Assembly: GCF_006345805.1 (NCBI RefSeq)
Contig: NC_042997.1
Location: 199,144,001 to 199,208,000 of the forward strand
DNA length: 64,000 nucleotides
Direction: 5' to 3'
Source: Octopus sinensis
Taxonomy: Eukaryota
Shown here: positions 51,170 through 63,110 of the stretch, piece by piece
Layout of the letters: the number at the start of each line of letters is the position of its first letter
How positions within the stretch are numbered: the stretch's first letter is position 1
Translations under genes and position numbers: made by a program
The notes under the pieces: model-generated
Databases searched by the model: none
Told to the model about the DNA's origin: nothing
The model's input: the letters and a program-made list of their open reading frames with translations, nothing else

Positions 51170-52417
51170 GATGAAATCCACTCAATCACACGCCAGATTT
51201 TACCATAACGATAAATACGCGTGTGGTTCAATTGATTACATCCGACGTTATAATTCAAATGCCCCAACTAACAGCGCGCCAAACTTTCACGGAAAACAAA
51301 TACACCATTTAGAAATAAATGCAGCATAATTATAATTAATTAATAAGGGTGAGAGAATTAGATACTAATTTAATAGTATATCTATTCAACACCAAATGGC
51401 CTAGTGCTCCGAGAAACCTGGATTATTATAATAATTATTATTATTTGAGGGAATAAAATCCAAACTTACAATGAAAAAAATTGTAATAGTAACGTATTGA
51501 CTGGCATGGTAAGAGAGAAATATATATAAATATATATACAAAATAAGAAAATGGAGAAATACATCCAAATCAAATATCAACTACCAGATAATACCCAATC
51601 ACATACTTTATTAAACCACCTCGTAAGAAACTTTAAGGTCAAACATAATAATATATGACAAAACAGTGTACATAAAGGAGTGGCAGTATATTGGATATAT
51701 GTTATCCCATGGAGGGTTGCATTTATCTCAATTTATAAATATATATACATATACACAACAGACTTCTTTCAGTTTCCGTCTACCATATCCACTCACAAGG
51801 CTTTGGTCAGCCCGAAGCTATAGTAGAAGACACTTGCCCAAGGTGCCACGCAGTGGGACTGAACCTGGAACCATGTGGTTCGTAAGCGAGCTACTTACCA
51901 CAGAGCCACTCCTGTACCTGTCAGAAATTTCTGATAAGCATCAAGCGTTATCTGGATTAAGTTGTTCTACATTATGAAAGATGTCCTAGATATTTATGAG
52001 GGGTTGTATGTCATGGCTTCAACGTTCTATTCAATATCGTTGCTAACTTCTGGCTCTTGCAGTGACTACACAGAGGAAAGCAGCTGCTACAATTATCGAG
52101 GCCACTGAACTAATTACTAAATCTTGTAAATACTGGTCAGTCTGTTTCACTTTGTAACAGAAATTTGCAAGAGTTATTGCCGAGGGGTTTTTCAGTAGCT
52201 CTCCCCCCCCCTCTATCCCTCCTCCTCATCCTTTCTCTCTTATCATGCCAGTCAATACATTACTATTACTACTGATATGTCTACTAAATATATATGTGTT
52301 CAGTTTATAGCATAAGAAATACCACAATGTCCATTATTTCTATAATGATAATTTATGTAAATATCCGGTGTAATAAAATTAACTGGAGGTAATAGGGACA
52401 TCGTTTACACAACAAAT

Positions 52418-53040
52418 CATCATCATCATCATTGTTTCACATCTGCTTTCCATGCTAGCATGGGTTAGACGATTTAACTGAGGTCTGGCAAACCAGATGG
52501 CTGCACCAAGCTCCAATCTGATCTGGCAGAGTTTCTACAGCTGGATGCCCTTCCTAACGCCAACCACTCCAAGAGTGTAGTGGGTGCTTTTACATGCCAG
52601 TTATGCAGTACTGGCAACGGCCACACTCAAATGGTGCTTTTTACGTGCCACCTGCACAGGAGCCAGTCCAGCGGCACTGGCAACAACCTCGCTTGAATGT
52701 TTTTTCATGTGCCACCTGCACATGTACCAGTAAAGTGATGCAGATAACAATCACACTCGAATGGTGCTTTTTACGTGCCACTGGCATGGAAACTAATTTG
52801 TTGCTTTGACAATGATCATGCTTGGATGGTGCTCTTAGCGCCCCACTAGCACGGAAGCCAGTCATCGAATTTGATTTCAATTTCGATTTCATTTGCCTCA
52901 ACAGGTCTTCGCAAGCAGAGTTTAGTGTACAAAGAAGAAAAGGTTCACATAAGTGGGCTGGTTACACCCTTGGCATAGGCCACAAAGTTATGGTCTCACT
53001 TGGGCCTGCCAAGTCTTCTCAAGCACAGCATATTTCCAAA
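52418..53040 (-). mobile_element. about 620-bp non-coding element ending in the RTE 3' UTR
   Basis: Reverse complement co-linear with 22385-23008. Confidence 0.8.
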
Positions 53041-53384
53041 ACGCACCTATTCTGTCTTACTATTTCCAAACTTCTGGCATTAGGAATATCTTGGTAAAGA
53101 AAATAGATCCTACAATGCTTTTGCTGTCAGCAAAGAAGTAGACAAGGTTTAAGAAAATTAGCCAAACAAAGCAGTACCAATGCTTCAATGTGACTTCACA
53201 AGGGTCCTCAGTGGTGGCTGGTAATAAAGACACATTTAGTGTCCCCTCCTTAGTCTATAGGCCTTATAAGCCAGGAGATATCTTGCACCCCTTCACACAT
53301 CTGTTTTGGATGACTCTCCTGGCTTCATACCTCTCATCTGATGCTTTTACTTAGTTTTGGACATTTGAATGAACGTTAGAGTAC

Positions 53385-53640
53385 ACACACACACACAAAC
53401 ATGCTCACACACACAGATGCACACACACACACACACACACAAACACACACGTACACACATATACATACATACATGGGGGTATGTACATTACAATACATGC
53501 ACAAACATGCACACACACACACATGTGTATGTATGTTACAATACACACACATGCACACGTGTGTATGTATGTATGTACATACATATATACATATGTGTAT
53601 GTGTACTTACATAAATACATACATACATACATACAAACAA
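53385..53640. repeat. (CA)n/(TACA)n microsatellite
   Basis: Direct reading. Confidence 0.9.
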
Positions 53641-54015
53641 AAATATCCTGTTGTTGATGTAGAAATTCCAAAGAAGGAGCCTTGGATCTAGGTTAAAAAC
53701 CAGTTCTTTCTCTATTGGCCAGAAACCTTTAAATAAAATTGAACAATGACACACATACATACATACAGACATTATACATACAAAGAAATAGACAAAACAT
53801 AAACGAACAAACAATAAAATCTGCTCCCTTGATACTCAAACTTGCTGAATCCTTAGAAGAACTTAAATTTCTTCATAAACACTACCTTCAATTCTGTTAT
53901 GTCTGGATGAGATTCATAATATATACAAAGGAATGTCAACTTAAAACTTGTCCAGAGAACCTATTGAAATCATGTGTTGTCAGTCATACGACAGTGGTTG
54001 AACAAAACCAGGGAA

Positions 54016-54368
54016 TCATCATCATCATCATTATCGTTTAACGTCCGCTTTCCATGCTGGCATGGGTTGGACGGTTCAACTGGGGTCTGGGAAGCCAGGA
54101 GGCTGCGCCAGGCCCAGTCTGATCTGGCAGTGTTTCTACAGCTGGATGCCCTTCCTAACGCCAACCACTCCGAGAGTGTAGTGGGTGCTTTTTATGTGCC
54201 ACCTGTACGGGTGCCAGACGAGGCTGGCAAACAGTCACGATTGGATGGTGCTTTTTACGTGCCACCGGCACAGGAGCCAGACGAGGCTGGCAACGGCCAC
54301 AATCAGATGGTGCTGTTTACGTGCCACCGGCACGGAGGCCAGTCGGGGCGGAGCTGGCAACGGTCACG
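54016..54368 (-). mobile_element. RTE-3'UTR-type short repeat, well preserved, three internal units
   Basis: High similarity to LINE 3' UTR 5515-5700. Confidence 0.85.
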
Positions 54369-55664
54369 TTTGAAGTATTATAAAATAAAAGAGAAGATTG
54401 TTATGGTTTGTACCAAAAGTTGCTCAAGGAATTCTTTCTGCTGGAATGGTGAATTAATTTGAAAAATTGACATGTAAAATATTAGGATGTATGATATTTT
54501 ATGAAACATAATATCTCTTTTGAACCACGAGTGCTTCATCACAGCATAGTTTGAAGTCTCGGTCTTTACTACTCACCAACAGGAGGACATAGATATAACA
54601 TACCTTATAAATAAAGAATTAGTGCAGATTCTAAATGTCTAAGATGTGCTAGAAAATGTCAGCTGTACTAAGTTTGTGTAAAGTAATATAACTGATATAA
54701 TCAGCCACTGCTTCTTCGAAATATTAATGTATTACTTTCATATGAGATATGTTGTTAAAAAATCAATATACTCCACCATTCATATTAATGTCTACCCAGA
54801 CGGATGTGTCCAATATAGCAATGTTGTGTACAATGCAACCACACCTTTCTACCTAAAGGATATTCATGAAAGATAGATGTGTGTGTTGAAGGAAGGTGCA
54901 ACAAAACTGACATTTACACTCAGAGATAAGAATAAAATACGAAGAAAAAAAATCAAAAAAAAATCGCAAATTATCCTGATAAACAGAGGAAGATGACAAA
55001 GAAATACATCTATAGACACTTGATTCAGAATCTGCAGTTGTTACAGCATCATTATTGATGAACTTATTAATACTCATGTGTTTGATGTTTAAATAATAAA
55101 CTTGTAATATTGATGTTTCTATTGATGAAAAAGATAGGCATTCAATAGCATCCTGATAACTTAATCTACAAGGATAAGGAAAATTTTATTTAGAAGAATT
55201 TTTTAATTTTCACTATGTGATTGCTAAAAAGTTTGAACTTCAAAGAAAAAGTCTTGTTTCAAAGATATTTCACCCCCTTTTTTTTTTCTAATGAAAAATC
55301 TAAAATGTATACTTAAAGATTATACACATGCACATGTTATTTATGTCTAATTCATGGCCCCTTTTTTTAGGTCTGGATGTAGTTATCATGATTCCATCTA
55401 TAACAGAATTCTGTTGTAAGATTAAGTAATCGCTACACCAGATGTTGTTTTTATTTGACAGTGATTAGTATTTCCAGTGGTCTGCTTAAGACATAAACTA
55501 CAAGCTTTTTTCCATCTTCAACAGGGGAAATATTAAAGTGAGGGGGAAATAATAAAATTAAGCTTGTAGAAGAATAAATAATAGTTTCAGACTATTATAA
55601 CACCATATTTATGGCATGTGTTGTTGGGAAGGTTTCGTATAAGTCACCAAAGGGTAGCAGATAG

Positions 55665-56270
55665 ATTGAAAGGTGGTGAGCTGGCAGAAACGTTAGCACA
55701 CCGAGCAAAATGCTTAGCAGTATTTCGTCTGCCGCTACATTCTGAGTTCAAATTCCGCCGAGGTCGACTTTGCCTTTCATCCTTTCGGGGTCGATTAAAT
55801 AAGTACCAGTTACGCACTGAGGTCGATATAATCGACTTAATCCGTTTGTCTGTCCTTGTTTGTCCCCTCTGTGTTTAGCCCCTTGTGGGTAGTAAAGAAA
55901 TAAGTATTCCTTCTGCTTCTACCTTCTGAGTTCAAATTCCACCGAGGTCGACTTTGCCTTTCATCCTTTCGGGGTCGATTAAATAAGTACCAGTTACGCA
56001 CTGAGGTCGATATAATCGACTTAATCCGTTCGTCTGTCCTTGTTTGTCCCCTCTGTGTTTAGCCCCTTGTGGGTAGTAAAGAAATAAGTATTCCTTCTGC
56101 TTCTACCTTCTGAGTTCAAATTCCACCGAGGTCGACTTTGCCTTTCATCCTTTCGGTGTCGATTAAATAAGTACCAGTTACGCACTGAGGTCGATATAAT
56201 CGACTTAATCCATTTGTCTGTCCTTGTTTGTCCCCTCTATGTGTAGCCCTTTGCAGGCAGCAAAGAAATA
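55665..56270 (+). mobile_element. SINE family B tandem triplication, 184-bp period
   Basis: TTCTGAGTTC starts at 55740, 55924 and 56108; single head. Confidence 0.9.
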
Positions 56271-57659
56271 AGATAGATTGATAGACAGGCCCAATTTATA
56301 GAAAAGCGTTGATCTTCCTTTCGTTTTGTAAATGATTTGTAGGTACTATAATACTATAATTTCTAAAGAATGTCTGTAGAAATAACCTTAACAAAATATT
56401 TGTTTATTATAAACAATTAGAGCACATTCAATAATGCAACATTAGTAACTGAATAATGGGGGCATAAAATATAACTTTTAACAGAATGACAGAAAACTAT
56501 ACTTGGTATGCACCATATACATCAACAAATGCAGGATTTAACTGCAGGAGCAACTTTGAAAGGAAAATCTTAGATTACTCAATTTGCTTTCCATTTTAGT
56601 TACAAGATAAGTCTTATAAAGTTCAAATTTTGAAGAACTTTGCATAGTTCTCTTCTATTCAGACAGCTTCCAAGAAGCGATAAATGTACTATAATTGGTA
56701 AAATAAGAAGGAAGGAATTAAAAGAATATTGTCTCTGTTAGAAATGTGGGGTTTCTTTACCACGAGTCAAGTTATTTTGTTCAAAGAATTATTGTCACTT
56801 TTTATATCATCAGAAAATTTCAGCCATAAATTCTTGCTTTAGGCATTCTTTGATTTCAGCTACATTGCCTTTTTTTTTGTCCTATCTTTTATTTTTTTCT
56901 TTCTGTTATAATTTTAGTTGTACCATTGATTTCATAAGGGACAGAGAGAGATCTCTTTTCTTATTTTCTATTTTTTTCCCTCTCTATGTTTGATTTTCCT
57001 GTTGTTTGCTTGGGGATTGATATTCCTTTATGAGCAAGTCTGAAGGTGTACCCACTTATCATCATCATCATCATCAGTTAATTGCACGATATCACCATTA
57101 TTTGCATACTGCTTTGTATTCAATACAGAACTTGTAAGTGTTCAATACAGAACTTGTAAGTAGTATTTATCTTCAGTGTGGACAATGCTTCAGTTTACCA
57201 CCATGTGTGTCATCATTATGGCCTTTATATTTGAGATGTGCATATATTTATAAGCATTTATTAGCTTTCAAAAACATGCACATACATTGTATACATTTGT
57301 AAGCAGTGATTTAAACATAGACTTTGTTTGTCTGCATATAAATCTTTCTATTCATCCTCCTGGTACTTTAAGTCAAGAAGAATCTACAGCGCTTGTTTCA
57401 TTAATTGTAGGAGTTTATCCGTACTATTACTGGTCAATTCTGATCCTCTCCTCTGATATGGATTGTTGCTTATTTTATAGATATTTGTTATGAACACATC
57501 ACCGAAATAATATCTGAAATAAATTTTCTCTAAAATACCTTTTAGTTATATCAACATCTGCAGATTAAGCTATTCTTTTTAGCTTCCATAACTTTTAATC
57601 ATCCAGTTATTTTATCAGTCCTAGAGCAATGACATTTTATTAAACAATATAGGTTTTAA

Positions 57660-57879
57660 CCCTTTGACATTTAAACTGACCACACCAGGCTCAAATATTC
57701 TGTCTGTTTTATGTTCAAACTAGTCAGATCCAGCCTCTCACACCTATCCTACATTGACATTCTGAGAATGAATAACCACATCATCGAAATCCTAAAGCTA
57801 TGAGATGATGCATGATTAATTGAAAACAATATGAATAAATAAGCATTACATTTCATTGAGTAATGTCAATGTTCAATGG
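57660..57879. mobile_element. piggyBac-type MITE (second family)
   Basis: TTAA|CCCTTTGACATT ... AATGTTCAATGG|TTAA, imperfect TIRs. Confidence 0.6.
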
Positions 57880-57899
57880 TTAAATATGAAATGTAAATA

Positions 57900-58387
57900 T
57901 ATTGGGTAGTCCAGAGAGTTCATGCTGATCTTTAAAGGAAAGAAAAAGGTCAATAAATACTTGCCATTACATTTTCAACCAACCAAATGGCAAAGAATTC
58001 ATCAAGGTATCTTTTTACGCCATCCAAGGAATTGAAATTTTTACCACTAAGATAATTATGCAGAGACCTGAATAAGTGGAAATCCGAAGGAGCAATATCT
58101 GGTGAATATGGAGGGTGGAGTAACACATCCCAGCTGAGTTGCAGCAATTTTTGTCTAGTTCCCAAAGCATCAAGTGCCGAAAATGAACTTTCTTATCTTC
58201 CATTTTAAAGGGTTACAGAATTAACACAGGTTATAGGAACATAAACTTTCTTCCACGAAAAGATAGCTTAAACTGTGCTCTAATTGGAGGTGTAGTCAAG
58301 TCCTATTTTATGGGCTCAACCATGTTCTAAAATAAGTCGAAATGTAAGCTACTATAAATCAGCACAAGCTTTCTGGACAACCCAATA
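57900..58387 (-). mobile_element. internally deleted mariner element
   Basis: 30-nt TIRs matching 25/30 (TATTGGGT.GTCCAG). N-terminal MEDKKVHFRHLMLWE is joined to C-terminal WDVLLHPPYSPDIAPSDFHLFRSL. Confidence 0.85.
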
Positions 58388-58611
58388 TTTCCAACTATAT
58401 GAGTATATAACCTCAAAGCAAATATTATTTCTTGAAAAAGAGAAAACGAGATGAGGAAACAGCACTTCCCGACAAAAAAAAAACCGAAAAATTACAAACA
58501 AAACCAATTAATTTAGTTGACTAAATCCTAAACCAAATTTAACAGATAAGAAGAAAATGTTTTTCTGTGATGATTACTATTCACAATATACATATTTAAA
58601 CAATATACAAC

Positions 58612-58777
58612 ATAGGCGCAGGAGTGGCTGTGTGGTAAGTAGCTTGCTAACCAACCACATGGTTCCGGGTTCAGTCCCACTGTGTGGCATCTTGGGCAAG
58701 TGTCTTCTGCTATAGCCCCGGGCCGACCAATGCCTTGTGAGTGGATTTGGTAGACGGAAACTGAAAGAAGCCTGTCG

Positions 58778-58808
<31 letters not shown>

Positions 58809-59026
58809 TTGTTTGTGTGTCTGTGTTTGTACCCCTAGCATTGCTTGACAACTGATGCTGGTGTGTTTATGTCCCCGTTACTTAGCGGTTCGGCAAAAGA
58901 GACCGATAGAAAAAGTACTGGGCTTACAAAAAGAATAAGTCCCAGGGTCGAGTTGCTCGATTAAAGGCGGTGCTCTAGCATGGCCGCAGTCAAATGACTG
59001 AAACAAGTAAAAGAGTAAAGAGTAAA
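58612..59026 (+). mobile_element. SINE family A flanked by a 64-bp direct repeat
   Basis: 58546-58609 equals 59027-59090 with 1 mismatch. Confidence 0.9.
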
Positions 59027-59924
59027 ATAAGAAGAAAATGTTTTTCTGTGATGATTACTATTCACAATATACATATTGAAACAATATACATATTCAAACA
59101 AGATACAACATGTGTGAAAGTAAGGAACATGGAAGCAACATGATACAAACATGACAAAAACGAACAAACCTAAAATAATACAAACAATGTTTAGAAACCA
59201 ATCAATTGTGTCCATTTATAAATTAGACAATGACAATATCACTGTCTGATGGGCGATGATGTAGGACGGGTTTTACCATCATCCTTCAAAACTAATGCAA
59301 AATATGCTTCTTAAGTGGTCTCTCACTGAAGATTAATTCCCAATAAAAATGACATGTAACAGAATTGTAAGGAAGCATTAGACGACATTGAAATGTTGTA
59401 CTCCTATTAAAACGTCCACTGTATCTCCATCACTTAGTCATTCACTCTCTCACACATGTACACAATAAAATAGATGGGATTTATGGAGAAGTAGAGTGAT
59501 AAAAGATACATTGTAACACACTAACTATTGTACAGTGGTTCATAATAATAAATAAGTTTTTTCCCAATTCACTCAACAAATACTCTACACATAATTCTGT
59601 ACAAGTCAGCACTGAGCATTATCACAAAACCTGCCTGTCACTCCTCACCACCACACACAGCTCACATGATGCATTTTCTATACAACAAATAAGTGAAATA
59701 ATAGGCATGGCTGTATGGCAAGAAGTTTCCTTCCCAAGTTGGATGGGGGTCACTCGGCTCATCTGTCAATGAAGAGTGCAGCTGTCCATGTGAACTGATG
59801 TAAATTGCAGGACTCAGTAAACATCAACACCTCGAATGCACAATGTGACCCCAGGATCTCACTGTCCCAGGGCTCCATCCAGTCGAAAGATTTACTTTAA
59901 GGCAGCGACATAGCCATGTGTTGA

Positions 59925-60184
59925 AAGGAATTCTTTGGGGTTTGTATAATTCACCTTTGGAAAATGTGGCTGTTTCATTCAACATCGTCAAACAAACCTT
60001 ATTCAGGGACCTTTTGAGTGGGATGGGCTACTCGACCAGAAGAAAATTCTAACTGGGCCCCACCTGCAAGGTGATGCGCTGTTTATCTTGTTATGAGATC
60101 ACCATGTCATGCACATATAATTGTAATGCATGTGCTTGGTGTACCCTAATCAGATGGGTAGTCATGATGGGTATACTGGGCTTC

Positions 60185-60190
<6 letters not shown>
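59925..60190 (+). mobile_element. repeat family D, partial
   Basis: Reverse complement of part of 46899-47548. Confidence 0.7.
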
Positions 60191-60219
<29 letters not shown>

Positions 60220-60224
<5 letters not shown>

Positions 60225-60770
60225 GAGTGTATTTTTACCTTGTTAATAATTAACACGGAAAAAAAAAATAAATAGTTACCAGGGCAGCAAAAATCTCACA
60301 AGTAAAGGTGTTGTAACTCTTTGTTTATAAAGGTAGAAACTTCATGTTTACGTTGAATATTTTGAATAATATGAATAAAAAAATGGAGTTAATACAGGTG
60401 CAATCAAATATTTTTACTTTCGACACATGTTTCGAAAATTCCACTGATACTATTCAAAAGAATAAATGGTATAAACAATGCAATCTTCTCCTCAGGAAAG
60501 TGAAAAAAACGAAACTCGTCAATAAAACATTTTAGCAAATAAGTAGTCTCTATCATTATATATAATTTAAACTTTAATTTCCTTTATATTTAACATTCAC
60601 TATTAATATCCCTACTCTTTCTGTTAGCTACTTATGACGTTATATCATATAACGTTTTTTTAAACAATATTAACAGCGTTCTGTCTATCGCTATACAAAT
60701 CCATCATTTTTTGCTAAAATGTCTTATTGACGAGTTTCGTTTTTTTCACTTTCCTGAGAAGATTGCATTG
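60220..60770 (-). mobile_element. Penelope/retrozyme-like insert with a hammerhead and an inverted partial end
   Basis: Follows (TA)n; HHR at 60416-60501; about 60476-60539 is repeated inverted at about 60711-60770. Confidence 0.7.
60416..60501 (-). ncRNA. type I hammerhead ribozyme
   Basis: ACTTTC-CTGAGGA-GAAGATT...AATTTTC-GAAA-CATGT-GTC^-GAAAGT. 6-bp stem I, 7-bp stem II, GUC cleavage between 60422 and 60421. Confidence 0.8.
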
Positions 60771-60998
60771 TATGTATGCGTGTGTGTGTACCTTTGTGTA
60801 TGAGTTTGGCCTGCATCACAGTTTGACAATGGTGTTAGTATGTTTACATCCTTGTAACTTCGTGTTTTGGCAAAAGAGACTGATAGAGTAAATACCAGGC
60901 TAAAAAGAAAACTTAGTATGGACTGATTCATTCGACTAAAAATTCCTCAATCCTGTGCCCCAGCATGGCCATAGTCTAGTTTACATGTATTTATGTAG

Positions 60999-61092
60999 GA
61001 GCAGTTATGCTTGGGTGGACACAGAGTTCGATCTCACTCTGGTGCACCTTGCGCAAGACCATCTCACTACCACCACTGCCATTACTGTCTGA
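60999..61092 (+). CDS. candidate terminal exon of an unidentified gene
   Basis: GC-richer island after TTTATGTAG; SSYAWVDTEFDLTLVHLAQDHLTTTTAITV*, followed by T-rich UTR-like sequence. Confidence 0.25.
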
Positions 61093-61889
61093 GTTTATTT
61101 GTATATTGTAACCATAGCAACAACAAAGGTGTCTGTCTTTTCTTTCTTTCTTTTTTTTTTTTTTTTTTTGCTTTTCTTCATTTCATTTATACGAAGCAAT
61201 TATCTTTTTTTTTCTTTTCGAAATATTATTTTCTAATCCTTCTACAGAAGAAATCACATCAAAAAAAAAAAAAAAAACAAAAGCATCAGATAAATTAGAA
61301 ATGTCTTGTCTCCCAATTCTCTTTTGTTTTTCTTCTGTTCTTCAACCATTCTACATCACAAACACCCCCCCCCCTCCCACACACCCACCCACCCACACCC
61401 ACACCAACACACATGTACCAGCTTCATCAGTATCTGGGACCATAGAATCAGTATTCTCAATTGTTAAATGAAATCCACTTTACTTCTTTCTGTTACTGCG
61501 TACACACATGCTGACACACACACACACACACACACACCTGACACACACCTGACATTTTTAAGTTTAAAAATAAAATCACTGAATAATGGAGATAAACACC
61601 TCATACATCTCGAATTTTGTGGCTTTGTTTAATTTCTCCGAGCTTGAATCTTAACCATTTGTGTTTTGTTAAATCTTGGTTATATTTAGTTTTGTGTGTC
61701 TATAAGTGTGTGTGTGTGTCTGTGTGTTTGTGTGAAATAATTGTTTGAAAGATACTCAAAGGTAACTGGCCAGAGATAAACAAAGTAGAAGGAATTGGAT
61801 GAATCTTGATTCTTACCGAATCTTTGGAAGTCTTTGGCAATCCAGTACAGTTTCACTTACCATTGAAGACAGTTGTTAATATCGTTATG

Positions 61890-62715
61890 AAGGCAGCGAG
61901 CTGGCAGAATTGTTAGCATGCTGGGTGAAATACTTAGCTGTATTTCATCTGTCTTTACGTTCTGAGTTCAAATTCTGCCGAGGTTGGCTTTGCCTTTCAT
62001 CCTTTCGGGGGTCGATAAATTAAGTACCAGTTAAGCACTGGGATTGATCTAATTGACTAACCCCCTCCGCCCACCCCAAAATTTCAAGCCTTGTACCTAG
62101 AGTAGAAAAGAATATTATTATGAAAGTAGTGATATGCCAGGCGAAATGCTTAGCAGTATTTTGTCTGATTAACATTCTGAGTTTAAATTCTGCCGAGGTT
62201 GACATTGCTTTTTAAATTAAGTACCAGCTGTGTACTGAGGTCAATCTAAAAATTTCAGGTCTTGTACTTAGAGAAGAAAAAATATCATTATGGAAGTGGC
62301 AAGCTGGCAGAATTGTTAGCATGCCAAGTGAAATGCTTAGTGGTGTTTCATCTGATTTACTTTCTGAGTTCAAATTCTACTGAGGGCGACTTTGCTTTTT
62401 ATCCTTTCAGGGTCAATAAATTAAGTACCAGCTGTGTACTGAGATCGATCTAATTGACTGACCCCCTCCCACCAAATTTCAGGCCTTGTGCCTAGAGTAA
62501 AAAAGAATATCATTATGAAAGTGGTGAGATGCCAGATGAAATGCTTTGCAGTATTTTGTCTGATTTACATTCTAAGTTCAAATTCTGCCGAGGTCAACTT
62601 TGCTTTTTATCTTTTCAGGGCCGATAAATTAAGTACCAATAGCCTACCGAGGTTGATCAAATTGACTGACACCCTCCCTCAAAATTTCAGGCCTTGTGCC
62701 TAGAGTAGAAAGGAT
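61890..62715 (+). mobile_element. array of about 4 degenerate SINE family B copies
   Basis: Repeated TTCT(G/A)AGTT(C/T)AAATTCT...AATTAAGTACCA blocks. Confidence 0.8.
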
Positions 62716-62944
62716 TATTTTACTGCGTGTCTATCATATGATTTTCCTTGAGTCAGTTAGAAATGATAATGTAGAAACAGTCTTATAGTATGAAGCTCAT
62801 GTGATATATCTACATTTTTTTATAAGTTGCTTCAGGGGATTGTATAAGCTGGAGTCAGCAGCAACCTTTGTATTTTTGTAGGTCTTTTAGTTTTAATATT
62901 CTTTTGTGTTGGTAGAAGAAAATGTATAATATATTCATAGATAG

Positions 62945-63110
62945 AGGTGCTGATGTGGCTGTGTAGTTAAGAAGCTTGCTTCTCAACCAATTAGTTTTGA
63001 GTTCAGTCTCACTGCATGGCACCATGGGCAAGTGCCTTCTACTATAGCCCCAGGCTACCTAAAGCCTTGTGATTGGATTTGGTAGATGGAAACTGAAAGA
63101 AGGCCATCGC
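62945..63110 (+). mobile_element. SINE family A 5' half
   Basis: Head and GGGCAAGTG motif present. Confidence 0.7.

Larger units (their letters stand above)
50261..51433 (-). mobile_element. 535-bp head-to-tail repeat (2.2 copies), retrozyme/Penelope-like, one hammerhead per full unit
   Basis: Units start at 50261, 50796 and 51331 and are nearly identical; no ORF; HHR in both full units. Confidence 0.85.
50025..51919 (-). mobile_element. SINE family A split by a 1.47-kb insertion in its internal (TA)n
   Basis: Tail half at 50025-50260 and head half at 51734-51919 join to give an intact family A sequence. Confidence 0.85.

Noticed and set aside
50261-51433. CRISPR array or CRISPR-like system
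   Set aside because: Eukaryotic context, whole 535-bp units with no unique spacers, and no cas genes.
57117-57162. Short direct repeat TTCAATACAGAACTTGTAAGT x2
   Set aside because: A simple slippage-type duplication with no further structure.
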